DNA of 64,000 bases from Candidatus Cloacimonadales bacterium (GTDB lineage: Bacteria; Cloacimonadota; Cloacimonadia; Cloacimonadales; JAFGVF01): contig CAXXOU010000001.1 of assembly GCA_963677495.2 (NCBI GenBank), positions 704,001-768,000 on the forward strand, read 5' to 3'. Numbering within the stretch: position 1 is the first letter of the stretch; every line of letters starts with the position of its first letter. Shown here in pieces: positions 18,941 to 28,557 of this stretch. The position numbers and the translations under genes were made by a program. The notes under the pieces were generated by a model that did no database searches, was not told the DNA's origin, and saw only the letters and a list, made by a program, of their open reading frames with translations.

Positions 18941-19690
18941 CTATACATCAATGACTTTATAGTCAATAAGCTTCTTCACATAGTTGTTGATCATGACATA
19001 ACTGAATGGTACTGTCACCAACAAACCTAACCCTAGTAGTGCTGCTCCAGCAATATTTAAAAGAAAGAGAAATACCCAAATAAAGAATAGTTTCCATCTA
19101 ACGTCTCCTAACTTTTTGTAACATAGATGAACCGCTTTGAATGGATTCATTTTATACTCACTCACAAGAAACGGAACAGGAAGAATTATTGATGGCCAAT
19201 AAAGTACTAGAACAATTCTAACCAATCTTAGGATGGGATCACCAATACAGATATACTTAATCACGAAAAATGCTAAGAAGTTCATGAATGCAAACAGTAG
19301 CATTTGTGGATAAAAATTGAAGTTTGCAAAGAAATCCTTAATGTTTGCTTCGTCCTCTTTAGCTCTTGCAAAAACTCTGAATGGAATAAAGGCAAGTGGA
19401 GTAACAAGGATAAACAGACCATTATAAATTATATAATTCAAGAATTGGTTCTGATGCAAATCAACAGTTGCATGAAGTATTGAAATACCAATAATGGGCA
19501 ATATTGCCAGAAAGGTTAAGAGGAAGCCAATAGCCAGATTATGATTAACCTTACCCTTATAACTCTCTCGCGTATCTTTCAACACTGATTTGAAAGATAA
19601 ATCCTTCTTTAACAACTCTGATTGATGACCACATGAATCACACCATATCTGAGTGGCTTCAAGTTTATTATTACAATGCTTACAACGCAT
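18941..19690 (-). CDS. Zinc-ribbon membrane protein of unknown function
   Basis: N-terminal CKHC...CDSC followed by about 5 TM helices. Confidence 0.7.
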   Translation of the reverse strand: MRCKHCNNKLEATQIWCDSCGHQSELLKKDLSFKSVLKDTRESYKGKVNHNLAIGFLLTFLAILPIIGISILHATVDLHQNQFLNYIIYNGLFILVTPLAFIPFRVFARAKEDEANIKDFFANFNFYPQMLLFAFMNFLAFFVIKYICIGDPILRLVRIVLVLYWPSIILPVPFLVSEYKMNPFKAVHLCYKKLGDVRWKLFFIWVFLFLLNIAGAALLGLGLLVTVPFSYVMINNYVKKLIDYKVIDV

Positions 19691-19701
19691 ATTTACTCCG
19701 T

Positions 19702-21798
19702 TTATTCGTTTCCTTCGACAACTATTTTGTTTAAGTCAGATACATTCATGAACAACTCTCTGATCTTAGAGAGAAGTGCATATCTGTTGTTCTTTATCTT
19801 CTCATTATCTGTATTGACTAATACTTCATCAAAGAATCTATCAATATGAGCGCCAAAATCAACCAGATAATCCATTATTTTTATGTAATCACCAATCAAT
19901 AGTTCCTGCTTAATATTGGAAGCAAGTTTACCGTATTCCTCATATAACACTTTTTCTGCATCATCTGTAAGATACTCTGCAGAGAGTTCTGATATTGACT
20001 TAGCTTTTGCTATTATGTTAGAAACTCGTTTAAAGCCGAGTACCAATGTCACGAAACGTGGATTAGCTTTAAACGACTGAAGATCAACAGCACGTTGTTT
20101 TAAGTCGGAGAGACTTGAACCTTCAATATGTAAAACACTATCAATGATGTCATAATCCACTTTATACTGTTGAAGTAACCAGCTAGTTCTCTGTTTAAAG
20201 AAGTTAAGTACAAAATCCTTATTGTGACCAACTTCAGAAAGCTTGCTTGCCACAACTTCAAAGGCCTCATCTATTAGCTTTGTTAAATCCAGGTTCCATT
20301 TGTATTGCTCAATAATCTGAACAACACCGTTTGCAGCTCTTCTAAGTGCAAATGGGTCATTTGATCCGGTTGGAATAACATCAACACCAACGATACCACA
20401 AACAGTATCAAGTTTATCCGCAACTGCAACTAATGCCCCAATCTCAGAGCTTGGTAAAGAATCGTTCTGACCTCTTGGCATATAGTGTTCATAAATACCA
20501 AGAGCTACATCTTTATCTTCACCTGTAGCAAGTGCATACTTCATTCCAATATAACCTTGCAACTTAGTGAACTCTTTCTCTCCAAGCATAAGTGTGACTA
20601 AGTCTGCTTTTGCAAGAAGCGCACAACGCTCAGCTTTGGCTTTAGTTTCAACTGAAAGCCCAAGAGTATCAGCCATATATTTTACAATCTCTATCACACG
20701 CTCACTCTTTTCCTTGATTGTGCCTAAGCTTGCTTGGAAAGTTACTTCTTCCAGCTTAGGGACAAACTCAGCAAGTGAGTGTTTAGTATCTTCTTGATAA
20801 TAGAAGATGGCATCATCGAGTCGTGGTCTGACGACCTTTTCATTACCATCTCTAATAATGTCAGAGTAATTAGGGTTTCCATTAGATATAAAGACAAATT
20901 TATTCGATAAGTTACCCTTTTCATCTCTTAAGGAGAAGTATTTCTGATTCTGACTGACTGTTGATGTGATAATCTTATCAGGTAAGCTTAAGTATGATTC
21001 TGGGAACTCTGCTAGTACGGGTGTAGGATACTCAACTAAATCACAAACAGTATCCAACAATTTGCTATCAGGAATCATCTGCAGGTCTGTTTCACTTAAG
21101 AGCTCATTAACTCTATCAACAATCATCTGCCTACGTTTGTCTCTATCAGCTATTACAAATCCGGCTCTTGTTACTTGTTCATACATCTCCGCTTCAGGTA
21201 TTCTTAACTCATAGGAGATCTCAACAAATCTATTACCATAAGTCTTATCTGCTGATTCAAGATGTTCTACTTTAACAGGAATCACTTCATCATCAAGCAT
21301 TGCCACAATCCAACGAACCGGACGTGCAAAGTTCATCCTAAACGCACCCCACTTCATTGTCTTAGGGAAAGTGATTTGATTCACGGCTTCAGGTATAATT
21401 TCGAGCAGAATATCTTTAGTCGCTCTGCCCTTAACTTCAAGTTTTACAGCAATGTATTCACCTTTAGGAGTTTCCTTAATGAATATGTCCTCTTCAGTAG
21501 CTCCGGCTCCACGTAAGAAACCTTTTCCTGCTTTTGTGAGTACCTTATTCTCATCGAAGGCAACTCTAGTTGCAGGACCTGTTCGCTCTATAGTTTTGTC
21601 CTTCTGCATTGCTTGCAGACCAGTTATAACTAAAGCGAATCGTCGCGGAGTTGAGTAAGGTTTTAACTCATCATAGGAGAGGTTGTTCTCCTTAAGTTTC
21701 GTTGAAATATAACCTGTGAGTTTTGTAATTGCCGGTTTAATATAAGAAGCAGGTATCTCTTCGACACCTACTTCAAAAAGAAATGTATGTTTAACCAA
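19702..21798 (-). CDS. glyS: Glycine--tRNA ligase beta subunit
   Basis: FLFEVGVEEIP, STPRR, FARPVRW, LVEYP, KADL...EFTKLQG, IYEHYMPR, ADKLDT, GSNDPFALRRAA, NNRYALL; TTG start. Confidence 0.96.
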   Translation of the reverse strand: MVKHTFLFEVGVEEIPASYIKPAITKLTGYISTKLKENNLSYDELKPYSTPRRFALVITGLQAMQKDKTIERTGPATRVAFDENKVLTKAGKGFLRGAGATEEDIFIKETPKGEYIAVKLEVKGRATKDILLEIIPEAVNQITFPKTMKWGAFRMNFARPVRWIVAMLDDEVIPVKVEHLESADKTYGNRFVEISYELRIPEAEMYEQVTRAGFVIADRDKRRQMIVDRVNELLSETDLQMIPDSKLLDTVCDLVEYPTPVLAEFPESYLSLPDKIITSTVSQNQKYFSLRDEKGNLSNKFVFISNGNPNYSDIIRDGNEKVVRPRLDDAIFYYQEDTKHSLAEFVPKLEEVTFQASLGTIKEKSERVIEIVKYMADTLGLSVETKAKAERCALLAKADLVTLMLGEKEFTKLQGYIGMKYALATGEDKDVALGIYEHYMPRGQNDSLPSSEIGALVAVADKLDTVCGIVGVDVIPTGSNDPFALRRAANGVVQIIEQYKWNLDLTKLIDEAFEVVASKLSEVGHNKDFVLNFFKQRTSWLLQQYKVDYDIIDSVLHIEGSSLSDLKQRAVDLQSFKANPRFVTLVLGFKRVSNIIAKAKSISELSAEYLTDDAEKVLYEEYGKLASNIKQELLIGDYIKIMDYLVDFGAHIDRFFDEVLVNTDNEKIKNNRYALLSKIRELFMNVSDLNKIVVEGNE

Positions 21799-21824
21799 AG
21801 ATATATTCTCCGTTTATATTTATT

Positions 21825-22757
21825 TTAGAATGAATACTTCAAAGAAACTTGATTTATATATCCCAGATCACCATATCCTGAGATTGCATAATCAAGCACA
21901 AACTTCTGCCAGAAGAATCCAAAGCCAAATGATGTTCCAGCTAAAAAGTCAGTTTTTGAACCCGTTCTCCAATCAGTTGCATCAAGCTTGTATCCACCTC
22001 TTACGGCAAACATAGGATGTACAGATGCATCAACACCTATTGCACTACCAACATCTTGACCATAAGCCTTGTCAACTTCAAGATTAGCATATACTTTGTC
22101 AGAGAACTTATAACGTAAACCGGCGGCATAAGTTATAGGAAATTTTTCATCATGTTCACTATCTGAAAAATGAATAATCTGATAACCTAAGTTCCTAATT
22201 GCTAAACCGATTTTCATCCTTTCGTTAACAGGTTGGTGGACAATGCCTAAGTCAATAGCCACAGCTGTTGCACTATTGTCATCTATTGTTTCCATTAAGT
22301 ACTTAGCATTAACACCAATTGTCAGCATCGAATGTATTACTCTAGAAAATGTAGCACCAACTAAGATATCTGAAGCACTGAAAGTACCTTCATTAATTCC
22401 ATCTGAGTTGTATTTATCTATTTCTCCACTGTTAATATATTCTCCGTACAAAGCGAATGATTGGTTTTCTCCGGGACGGTTATAAATAACTGATCCACCA
22501 TTATAGCCATCAAAATAACTAATATATGAGGTACTGATATAGCGTTTATTAACCTCTTTCAAAGCAGCTGGATTGTAGTGGAAAGCATCTACTTCACCAC
22601 TCATAGCTGTGTATGCTCCACCTAAAGCTGCAGCTTTTGCTGAATAATTTATCTTAAGGAAGTTAAAACCGTTTGTACCGGCATTATCATCAATTGCACC
22701 AAGTGAAACGATCAGTAGCAGTATACTACTTGTTATTAAGCTCTTTATTAACTTCAT
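21825..22757 (-). CDS. PorV/PorQ family outer-membrane protein (T9SS-associated FadL-like barrel)
   Basis: FLKINYSAKAAALGGAYTA...YNPAAL N-terminal motif; ends VSLKYSF. Confidence 0.8.
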   Translation of the reverse strand: MKLIKSLITSSILLLIVSLGAIDDNAGTNGFNFLKINYSAKAAALGGAYTAMSGEVDAFHYNPAALKEVNKRYISTSYISYFDGYNGGSVIYNRPGENQSFALYGEYINSGEIDKYNSDGINEGTFSASDILVGATFSRVIHSMLTIGVNAKYLMETIDDNSATAVAIDLGIVHQPVNERMKIGLAIRNLGYQIIHFSDSEHDEKFPITYAAGLRYKFSDKVYANLEVDKAYGQDVGSAIGVDASVHPMFAVRGGYKLDATDWRTGSKTDFLAGTSFGFGFFWQKFVLDYAISGYGDLGYINQVSLKYSF

Positions 22758-23211
22758 TCTCTATTCCTCTTAAAATCTTATATAAATGGTTGCTGTCTTT
22801 CTCCTCAAAAAGATTCATTCTATTTGAGGTTTGTCTCAGGTAATTTGTTAAATGCTTTAGCATTAACATATAAACATGACTTTCACTTATAGGGGAAGCT
22901 GTTAAAACCACTAACTTCACGGGTTCATCATCAACAGCTTGAAAGTCGATTCCCTTATCTAGTAGAAACACTACGGACCTAACAGTTGAGACCAGTTCAC
23001 TCCTTCCATGGGGTAGGGCGATTTCACGACCGATTCCGGTGCTCATTATCGCTTCTCGCTCCATTACGGTATCCAAAAAGACTTGCTTGTCTTCGAGAAC
23101 TCCCCGCTTATCAAGCAAATCAACCATTTTAACTATACATTTTTCTTTATCTTCAACTTCGATTCCGGTAAAAACAAGTTCCGGTTCAAAGAGAGTTACG
23201 TTATTTTCCAT
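22726..23211 (-). CDS. PTS IIA component (fructose/mannitol/Ntr family)
   Basis: EREAIMSTGIGREIALPHGR phospho-His motif; start 23211 or 23223. Confidence 0.9.
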   Translation of the reverse strand: MENNVTLFEPELVFTGIEVEDKEKCIVKMVDLLDKRGVLEDKQVFLDTVMEREAIMSTGIGREIALPHGRSELVSTVRSVVFLLDKGIDFQAVDDEPVKLVVLTASPISESHVYMLMLKHLTNYLRQTSNRMNLFEEKDSNHLYKILRGIENEVNKELNNK

Positions 23212-23351
23212 AATATATTCCATTTATATATATATCAACGTCAAGTCAATTTTTTTTAGTTATATATAATTGCAAGCGAGTTTTCCTTTATTATTCAACC
23301 TTCAAAACTATATCTCTGACAGTAGTGTTAATTGATGAAATTTACCTGGCA

Positions 23352-23433
23352 ACACTTGACCTTCCCTTGGGTTACCCTTGCCCCTCTCTTGCAACGCAAG
23401 GGAGACCCAAGGGAAATGCAAGAGGGATTCTAG
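23352..23433. repeat. Inverted array of CTTG/CAAG units with 11-bp period
   Basis: CTTG at 23355, 23366, 23377, 23388; CAAG at 23397, 23408, 23419; CTAG at 23430. Confidence 0.8.
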
Positions 23434-23500
23434 AGAAAATCAGTAACTACCATTACGGAAACAAGCTATCAAAAAACGAGAAGTAATCAATTGCATAAAG

Positions 23501-23530
23501 AAAAGCCTGCCGATTCACACCGACAGGCTT
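23501..23530 (-). terminator. Intrinsic terminator after the gingipain-like gene
   Basis: AAAAGCCTGCCG...CGACAGGCTT hairpin. Confidence 0.7.
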
Positions 23531-23557
23531 AAACAGATTAATTTATCTAAAGAAGTA

Positions 23558-26500
23558 TTACTTCATAAGAAGCATTTTCTTTGTCTTAACGTAGTTGTCT
23601 GTCTCCATTCTATAGAAGTAAACACCTGAAGAAACCTTACGATTGTTACTATCAGTGCCTTTCCAAGTAATTGTATGGTTTCCGGCATTTCTGTATTCAT
23701 CAACAACAGTAGTCACTTTCTGACCGAGGATGTTATAGATATGAAGAACAACATCACTATTCTCTTTAAGAGAGAAAGAGATAGTAGTAGTTGGGTTAAA
23801 TGGATTCGGATAGTTACCATTCAGAGCAGTTTCTACTGGAAGGATGTTATTCTCATCATTATCAAGAACATTAGAAACTGTTACAACAACTGTATGCGAA
23901 TTATTATGTGGATCGTTTGAGTTGATTGTAATAGACTCAGTTAACTCTTCACCTTCAACAGCTGTATGCAGAACAGTGAAAACTTGAGATTCACTAGCTT
24001 CGATAGCGAAGTTTTGTGATTCTACAAGAGTGAAACCATCAGGCATTATAATAGAACCTGTTAAGGTTTCATTACCTGCATTCTGAATTACAAACTCACG
24101 ACTTACTTCAGTGTTTGCTTGTACGTCTGTAAACTCAATCATACTCTGAACACAGTTGAAGATTGGCATGTTTAAACCACCTGTAGCACCACCCGGCATT
24201 ACAAGATCATCTATCCAAGCACAGTCAGAACCATCAGCTTGTGACCAGTCTTTATCATATTTCCAAGAGAAAGTATGTGTACCCGGCTGAACTGAATATA
24301 CAAATTGACTCCAACCAACTTCTCCTGACCATCTATCCACTTGAGTATTTCCATCATAGAACTCAAGCCAGTCATAGCTACCTTCAGAAGAAACTTTATA
24401 CCAGAAGCTTAACTCTCCTGCAGCAGCGATATCAACTGTAACACTCATTGATGTGCTTGCGTTATTACCAATGCTGCCTGATTTTGCACTATAAGCACCG
24501 TCATGTACTTCTTGAGTGTTAATCTGCCAATCTGATGAGCCTCCCATTGTCCAGCCAAGCATTGAAAAATCACCTGATTCGAAGTTGTCGCCACTTAAGC
24601 CAACAGGTATAAGATAGTTTTCAACATGCTCACCACAATCAGCTGCTACAGAAAGACCGAATACGATAGCTGCATCGTCATAGTCTCCCGCAAGCTGTAT
24701 TGGGAAAGAAGCGGTGTTGTTTCCACCGGCTGTTAAGTTTCCAAGAGTAATACTTGGAGAAGCAACAGTAACGTTAGGATTACTGATAACAAAATCAACT
24801 CTTGCATTTTCAGCAGTCATATGACCTGCATTAGTTACAGTAATATCTATTGTAGCACCTTCACCCGGATCAAGAGCACCGTCTCCACTGTTATCAGTTA
24901 CAGTGAAGTTGCTAAGCTCAAACTTAGGAGCATTTGCCTGTAAGTATACACTAGATGTCCATACATCGTTATGATCACCCATTGTTACAGTAAACTGGAT
25001 ATTATGCTCATCCGGTACATTAGAACTGATTCTGATTGCATATGCATCATCAACAGTTACTTCATCATTAGCAGTAACCTCAGAGAGGTCAGCCATGTTA
25101 TCAATAATTGTTACATAAGGGTCGTCAGTAGCTAAAGTAGCACTAACATTTGTAACACCGGCATTACCAATGTTAGCAATAGTAACATCTATGTATGCTT
25201 CTGTGCCTGCATTAATAGATGTAGCTTGGTCAATTACAAAGTTAGGTACATTAAGATATGGACCATCATTTGGAATAACCTGAATAGTTGTTTCGTATGG
25301 CTGATAACCATAAGCAGAAGATACAAGTTTAATATCACCTGCAGTTGTAATTGCTTCAAAATCGAAATCAATGAAACCTGTTCCATCTGCGAGTGCAGTA
25401 GCAAGAATCTCTCCATTATCTGAAAGTGCAACATAAGCATATGGAGCAACATTCATAACCATATTTGTCTGACCAATAAAGATCTGATCAGGGATATTTG
25501 TAGTTTGAACTTCACCTTGTCCAATATATGGCATAAGTGATGGATCACCCATAATTGAGTAGATTTCCCAGTAGTAGTTGATACGAGAGCTATTACCTTC
25601 TGTAACTGCTAAGTTACCCATATAAATCATGGCACCTGCAGTTGTTACCCAGTCTTCATAAGCTTCATTGTGCTCATGGAAAAGACCATCATAAACACCA
25701 ACTGCATTAGCAATCCAAGGTGTTCCACTTCCTGTAATAGGTTTGTTACCTACTGCCCAGTGATAATCTTCATCCCAATATGTTGAGTTTGTTCCACCGA
25801 TGTAGATAACTCCACCTTTATCATTAGCTCTTAACCAAGCTTCACCAAAACATGTATCTGTCTGGAAGTGGTTTGTAAGACAACAGTTACCAACAACGTA
25901 TGAGTACTGTCCTGAGTTGCTTAAACCGTTAACATCACTATTTGTGAATTCAGGATCTGACCACTCTTCGTAGTAACCATGAGCTGTGTAGTTCACATAT
26001 CCTGCGCCATTTGAAACATCAGAGATAATTGCATTAGATGAGCTACCTGAGTTAGGGTAAAGGTATGTGTGTGATGTGATACCATGAGCTGCATTGAAGT
26101 AGTTCTGTGTACCATAGTTAATAGCACCATTACCATGAGAAGAAGCATAGTTACCGTCAACACCGGCAATCATAACAACTTCGTCCAAGTAACTTGGATC
26201 AGGCATAAGGTATTTCTCGTACATGAGAGTTTTATCAACCTGTGGCTGTAATTGGCTTACGTTCTGAGCAGAGAATCTTCCATAATACATTTCAGGAAGA
26301 TAGTCATTACCTTGTAGTTTAACATAGTTTAAGTCAGTTATATGACTGTCTGTAGCACCATTAAAAGCAGGAACCTGTGCAACGTCACCAACAATAAGTA
26401 AATACGATGGGGCTGGATGGTCAACAGTTGCTGAGTTCCAGATACCACTAATATAATTACTAATTGCAGTTGTAGATGTTCCGATAACATCTGTTGTTGC

Positions 26501-27319
26501 TACAGTAACCTGATAACCTTGTTCAGTTTTCCAATCAACGAATGGTTGAAGAGTAGAAACGAAGTTAGCAGGAGTAACAATGATATAACCTAATGGGTAA
26601 CGGTTAAGAGAAGTTCTGTTATCAGTATCAAGAGTAGCAAAAGCAGTTCTGTTTAACATGCTGTCAAAGTGATGTGAAGCAGTTCTAGCTTTTAAAGCAT
26701 TAGTTCTATCCATGTTACCATTCACATAGTCAACACGAACTTCAGCTTCTGTAATCACAGTTACTTCACCAGTTACAGGATTGTATGATACAGGGTAGTA
26801 ATCAACAGCAAACAAGCGTGCATTTCTCATAATACCAAGTTCTGTAACTTTGACAATCTCTCTATTTCTATCGTAACTTGAATAAGCCTTTTCATCAATA
26901 ACAAATTCAAGTTTAGAAACATCAGCACTCTTAGAAACAGATGCCTGATTTGGGATAATGCGACTATTAATTCCATATTCGCTTAAATTAAAAGTTCTTG
27001 AGTTCTCAACTTTAACTTCAGGAACGACTGCAGCACCTAATGGTACTTCAATAATCTTTCTTTCCATTGGAAGCTGTGGAGAACCTATTGTATTTGTATG
27101 GGTATACCCATCGATGCCGATTTCGGTGAATAACCCCTTAGTTGTTTCAACTTCAAACCAGTTAAGATTTGCAACATTAAACTCAATATCAACGCCATTA
27201 TTGCTTGAGCTAAGTAAAACTGATTCACTTCTTCCTGAATCAAGTTTAATACTTTCTTGTACAGCAAAAGCAGATAAGACAATGAGCATAGTAGTAATGA
27301 TTAATAATACCTTCTTCAT
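23558..27319 (-). CDS. Peptidase C25 (gingipain-like) with propeptide, Ig domains and T9SS tail
   Basis: Propeptide (GSPQLP), YLLIVGD, YYGRFSA, NYTAHG, GNCCLT catalytic His/Cys, IMGDPSL; YPNPFNPTTTISF...KMLLMK. Confidence 0.92.
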   Translation of the reverse strand: MKKVLLIITTMLIVLSAFAVQESIKLDSGRSESVLLSSSNNGVDIEFNVANLNWFEVETTKGLFTEIGIDGYTHTNTIGSPQLPMERKIIEVPLGAAVVPEVKVENSRTFNLSEYGINSRIIPNQASVSKSADVSKLEFVIDEKAYSSYDRNREIVKVTELGIMRNARLFAVDYYPVSYNPVTGEVTVITEAEVRVDYVNGNMDRTNALKARTASHHFDSMLNRTAFATLDTDNRTSLNRYPLGYIIVTPANFVSTLQPFVDWKTEQGYQVTVATTDVIGTSTTAISNYISGIWNSATVDHPAPSYLLIVGDVAQVPAFNGATDSHITDLNYVKLQGNDYLPEMYYGRFSAQNVSQLQPQVDKTLMYEKYLMPDPSYLDEVVMIAGVDGNYASSHGNGAINYGTQNYFNAAHGITSHTYLYPNSGSSSNAIISDVSNGAGYVNYTAHGYYEEWSDPEFTNSDVNGLSNSGQYSYVVGNCCLTNHFQTDTCFGEAWLRANDKGGVIYIGGTNSTYWDEDYHWAVGNKPITGSGTPWIANAVGVYDGLFHEHNEAYEDWVTTAGAMIYMGNLAVTEGNSSRINYYWEIYSIMGDPSLMPYIGQGEVQTTNIPDQIFIGQTNMVMNVAPYAYVALSDNGEILATALADGTGFIDFDFEAITTAGDIKLVSSAYGYQPYETTIQVIPNDGPYLNVPNFVIDQATSINAGTEAYIDVTIANIGNAGVTNVSATLATDDPYVTIIDNMADLSEVTANDEVTVDDAYAIRISSNVPDEHNIQFTVTMGDHNDVWTSSVYLQANAPKFELSNFTVTDNSGDGALDPGEGATIDITVTNAGHMTAENARVDFVISNPNVTVASPSITLGNLTAGGNNTASFPIQLAGDYDDAAIVFGLSVAADCGEHVENYLIPVGLSGDNFESGDFSMLGWTMGGSSDWQINTQEVHDGAYSAKSGSIGNNASTSMSVTVDIAAAGELSFWYKVSSEGSYDWLEFYDGNTQVDRWSGEVGWSQFVYSVQPGTHTFSWKYDKDWSQADGSDCAWIDDLVMPGGATGGLNMPIFNCVQSMIEFTDVQANTEVSREFVIQNAGNETLTGSIIMPDGFTLVESQNFAIEASESQVFTVLHTAVEGEELTESITINSNDPHNNSHTVVVTVSNVLDNDENNILPVETALNGNYPNPFNPTTTISFSLKENSDVVLHIYNILGQKVTTVVDEYRNAGNHTITWKGTDSNNRKVSSGVYFYRMETDNYVKTKKMLLMK

Positions 27320-27396
27320 ATTATCTCCTTATATATCCATTTTATATACTTTATATCAACATTATATATTCAGTGTGCAAAAAGAGTTCCTAAACT

Positions 27397-28008
27397 CTAT
27401 TTTTTCACTTTTATCACCCAACTTAACCAGTTGAAATCTCTTCCCATTATGTCTTCAGTTCGCTCGAAATGAACTATATCATACCTTCTGGAAATCACCT
27501 TCTCAATCTGTCTCTGAGAGTAACGAACCTCTTTGCGTCCATCTTCAAGCTCGATCTCACCACTCCCCTCTTTCAAAGAAAATCCGATATATCCATCTAT
27601 CTCAATCTCTTTAAAGAAGTTTAGTATCCCGCTTACATCTAGATGTTGCAGGGCAGCATTCACAAAAATATGTTTAACTGTTGTATTGCCTATGAACGAA
27701 TTCAAGAATTCCACATCAGAGAAGTCGATAACATAGGAACAACACGGAATCTTCTGCTTCAAATTCAAGACTATGTCTATAACATAATCACTTCCACAGA
27801 CATTGAAACCTTTTTCATGAATATATTTTAAGCAATTGCCCGAACCACTACCAAGTTCTAGGATTAACTCCTTCCTATTTGGTAGTGCTCCCAAGAAGCT
27901 GTTCACAAAACTTTCCGGCACAATATTGACAGTCATCTTGCCGTATTCCTGCCAATTCTTTTCATAATACTCGTATGTATTAGTTGCTTTATCTTTTTTA
28001 TTTTCCAT
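27397..28008 (-). CDS. Class I SAM-dependent methyltransferase
   Basis: ILELGSGSG, GSD, NAALQHL, FSLKEGSGE. Confidence 0.85.
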   Translation of the reverse strand: MENKKDKATNTYEYYEKNWQEYGKMTVNIVPESFVNSFLGALPNRKELILELGSGSGNCLKYIHEKGFNVCGSDYVIDIVLNLKQKIPCCSYVIDFSDVEFLNSFIGNTTVKHIFVNAALQHLDVSGILNFFKEIEIDGYIGFSLKEGSGEIELEDGRKEVRYSQRQIEKVISRRYDIVHFERTEDIMGRDFNWLSWVIKVKK

Positions 28009-28162
28009 AACTAAACATCATTTTAGGCATAGGTGTTGGGGTCAAGGAGATATTATTTAAGTCCTAGTTAAAAGAGCAACATAGTTTGCACGGAATTCTT
28101 CAGCCTGTCAGGATGTAGCTTTTAAGCGAAGGTTCTTGGAGCGAGAACGAAAAAAGTAAACA

Positions 28163-28557
28163 GTACCTTCTGAATGGTTGCAGACCTTCAGAATGGTGCA
28201 CTTCGAAGGGAAAGCACCTCACAATTGTAACGAAACCCGCTTCGAATGACGGAATTAGCGAATCACACTATCGATGCAATTCACTTCTTCCTACTTCATC
28301 AAGAGCATTTTATTCTCTCATATTCTGAAGCAGTCACCAGTACGACCAACGGGAGTTTGGGGAAATGCGTACTTCGAAGCAAAGCGATTTATTGTCTCAA
28401 CACCTGTACCTTTGGAATGGTTGTAAACCTTGCAAATGGTGCACTTCGAAGGGAAAGCACCTCGCAATTGTAACGAAACCCGCTTCGAATGACGGAATTA
28501 GCGAATCACACTATCATTGCGATTCACTTCTTCCTACTTCATCAAGAGCATTTTATT
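28163..28557 (+). repeat. 152-bp direct duplication (28163-28314 and 28406-28557) that includes the last 24 nt of the adjacent gene
   Basis: Copies offset by 243 bp; only 4 mismatches over the distal about 123 bp; both contain CTACTTCATCAAGAGCATTTTATT (reverse strand NKMLLMK*). Confidence 0.92.

Noticed and set aside
28163..28557. Possible DGR template/variable repeat pair
   Set aside because: Overlap with the gene is only 24 nt and identical; mismatches are non-coding and not adenine-only; no reverse transcriptase in the window
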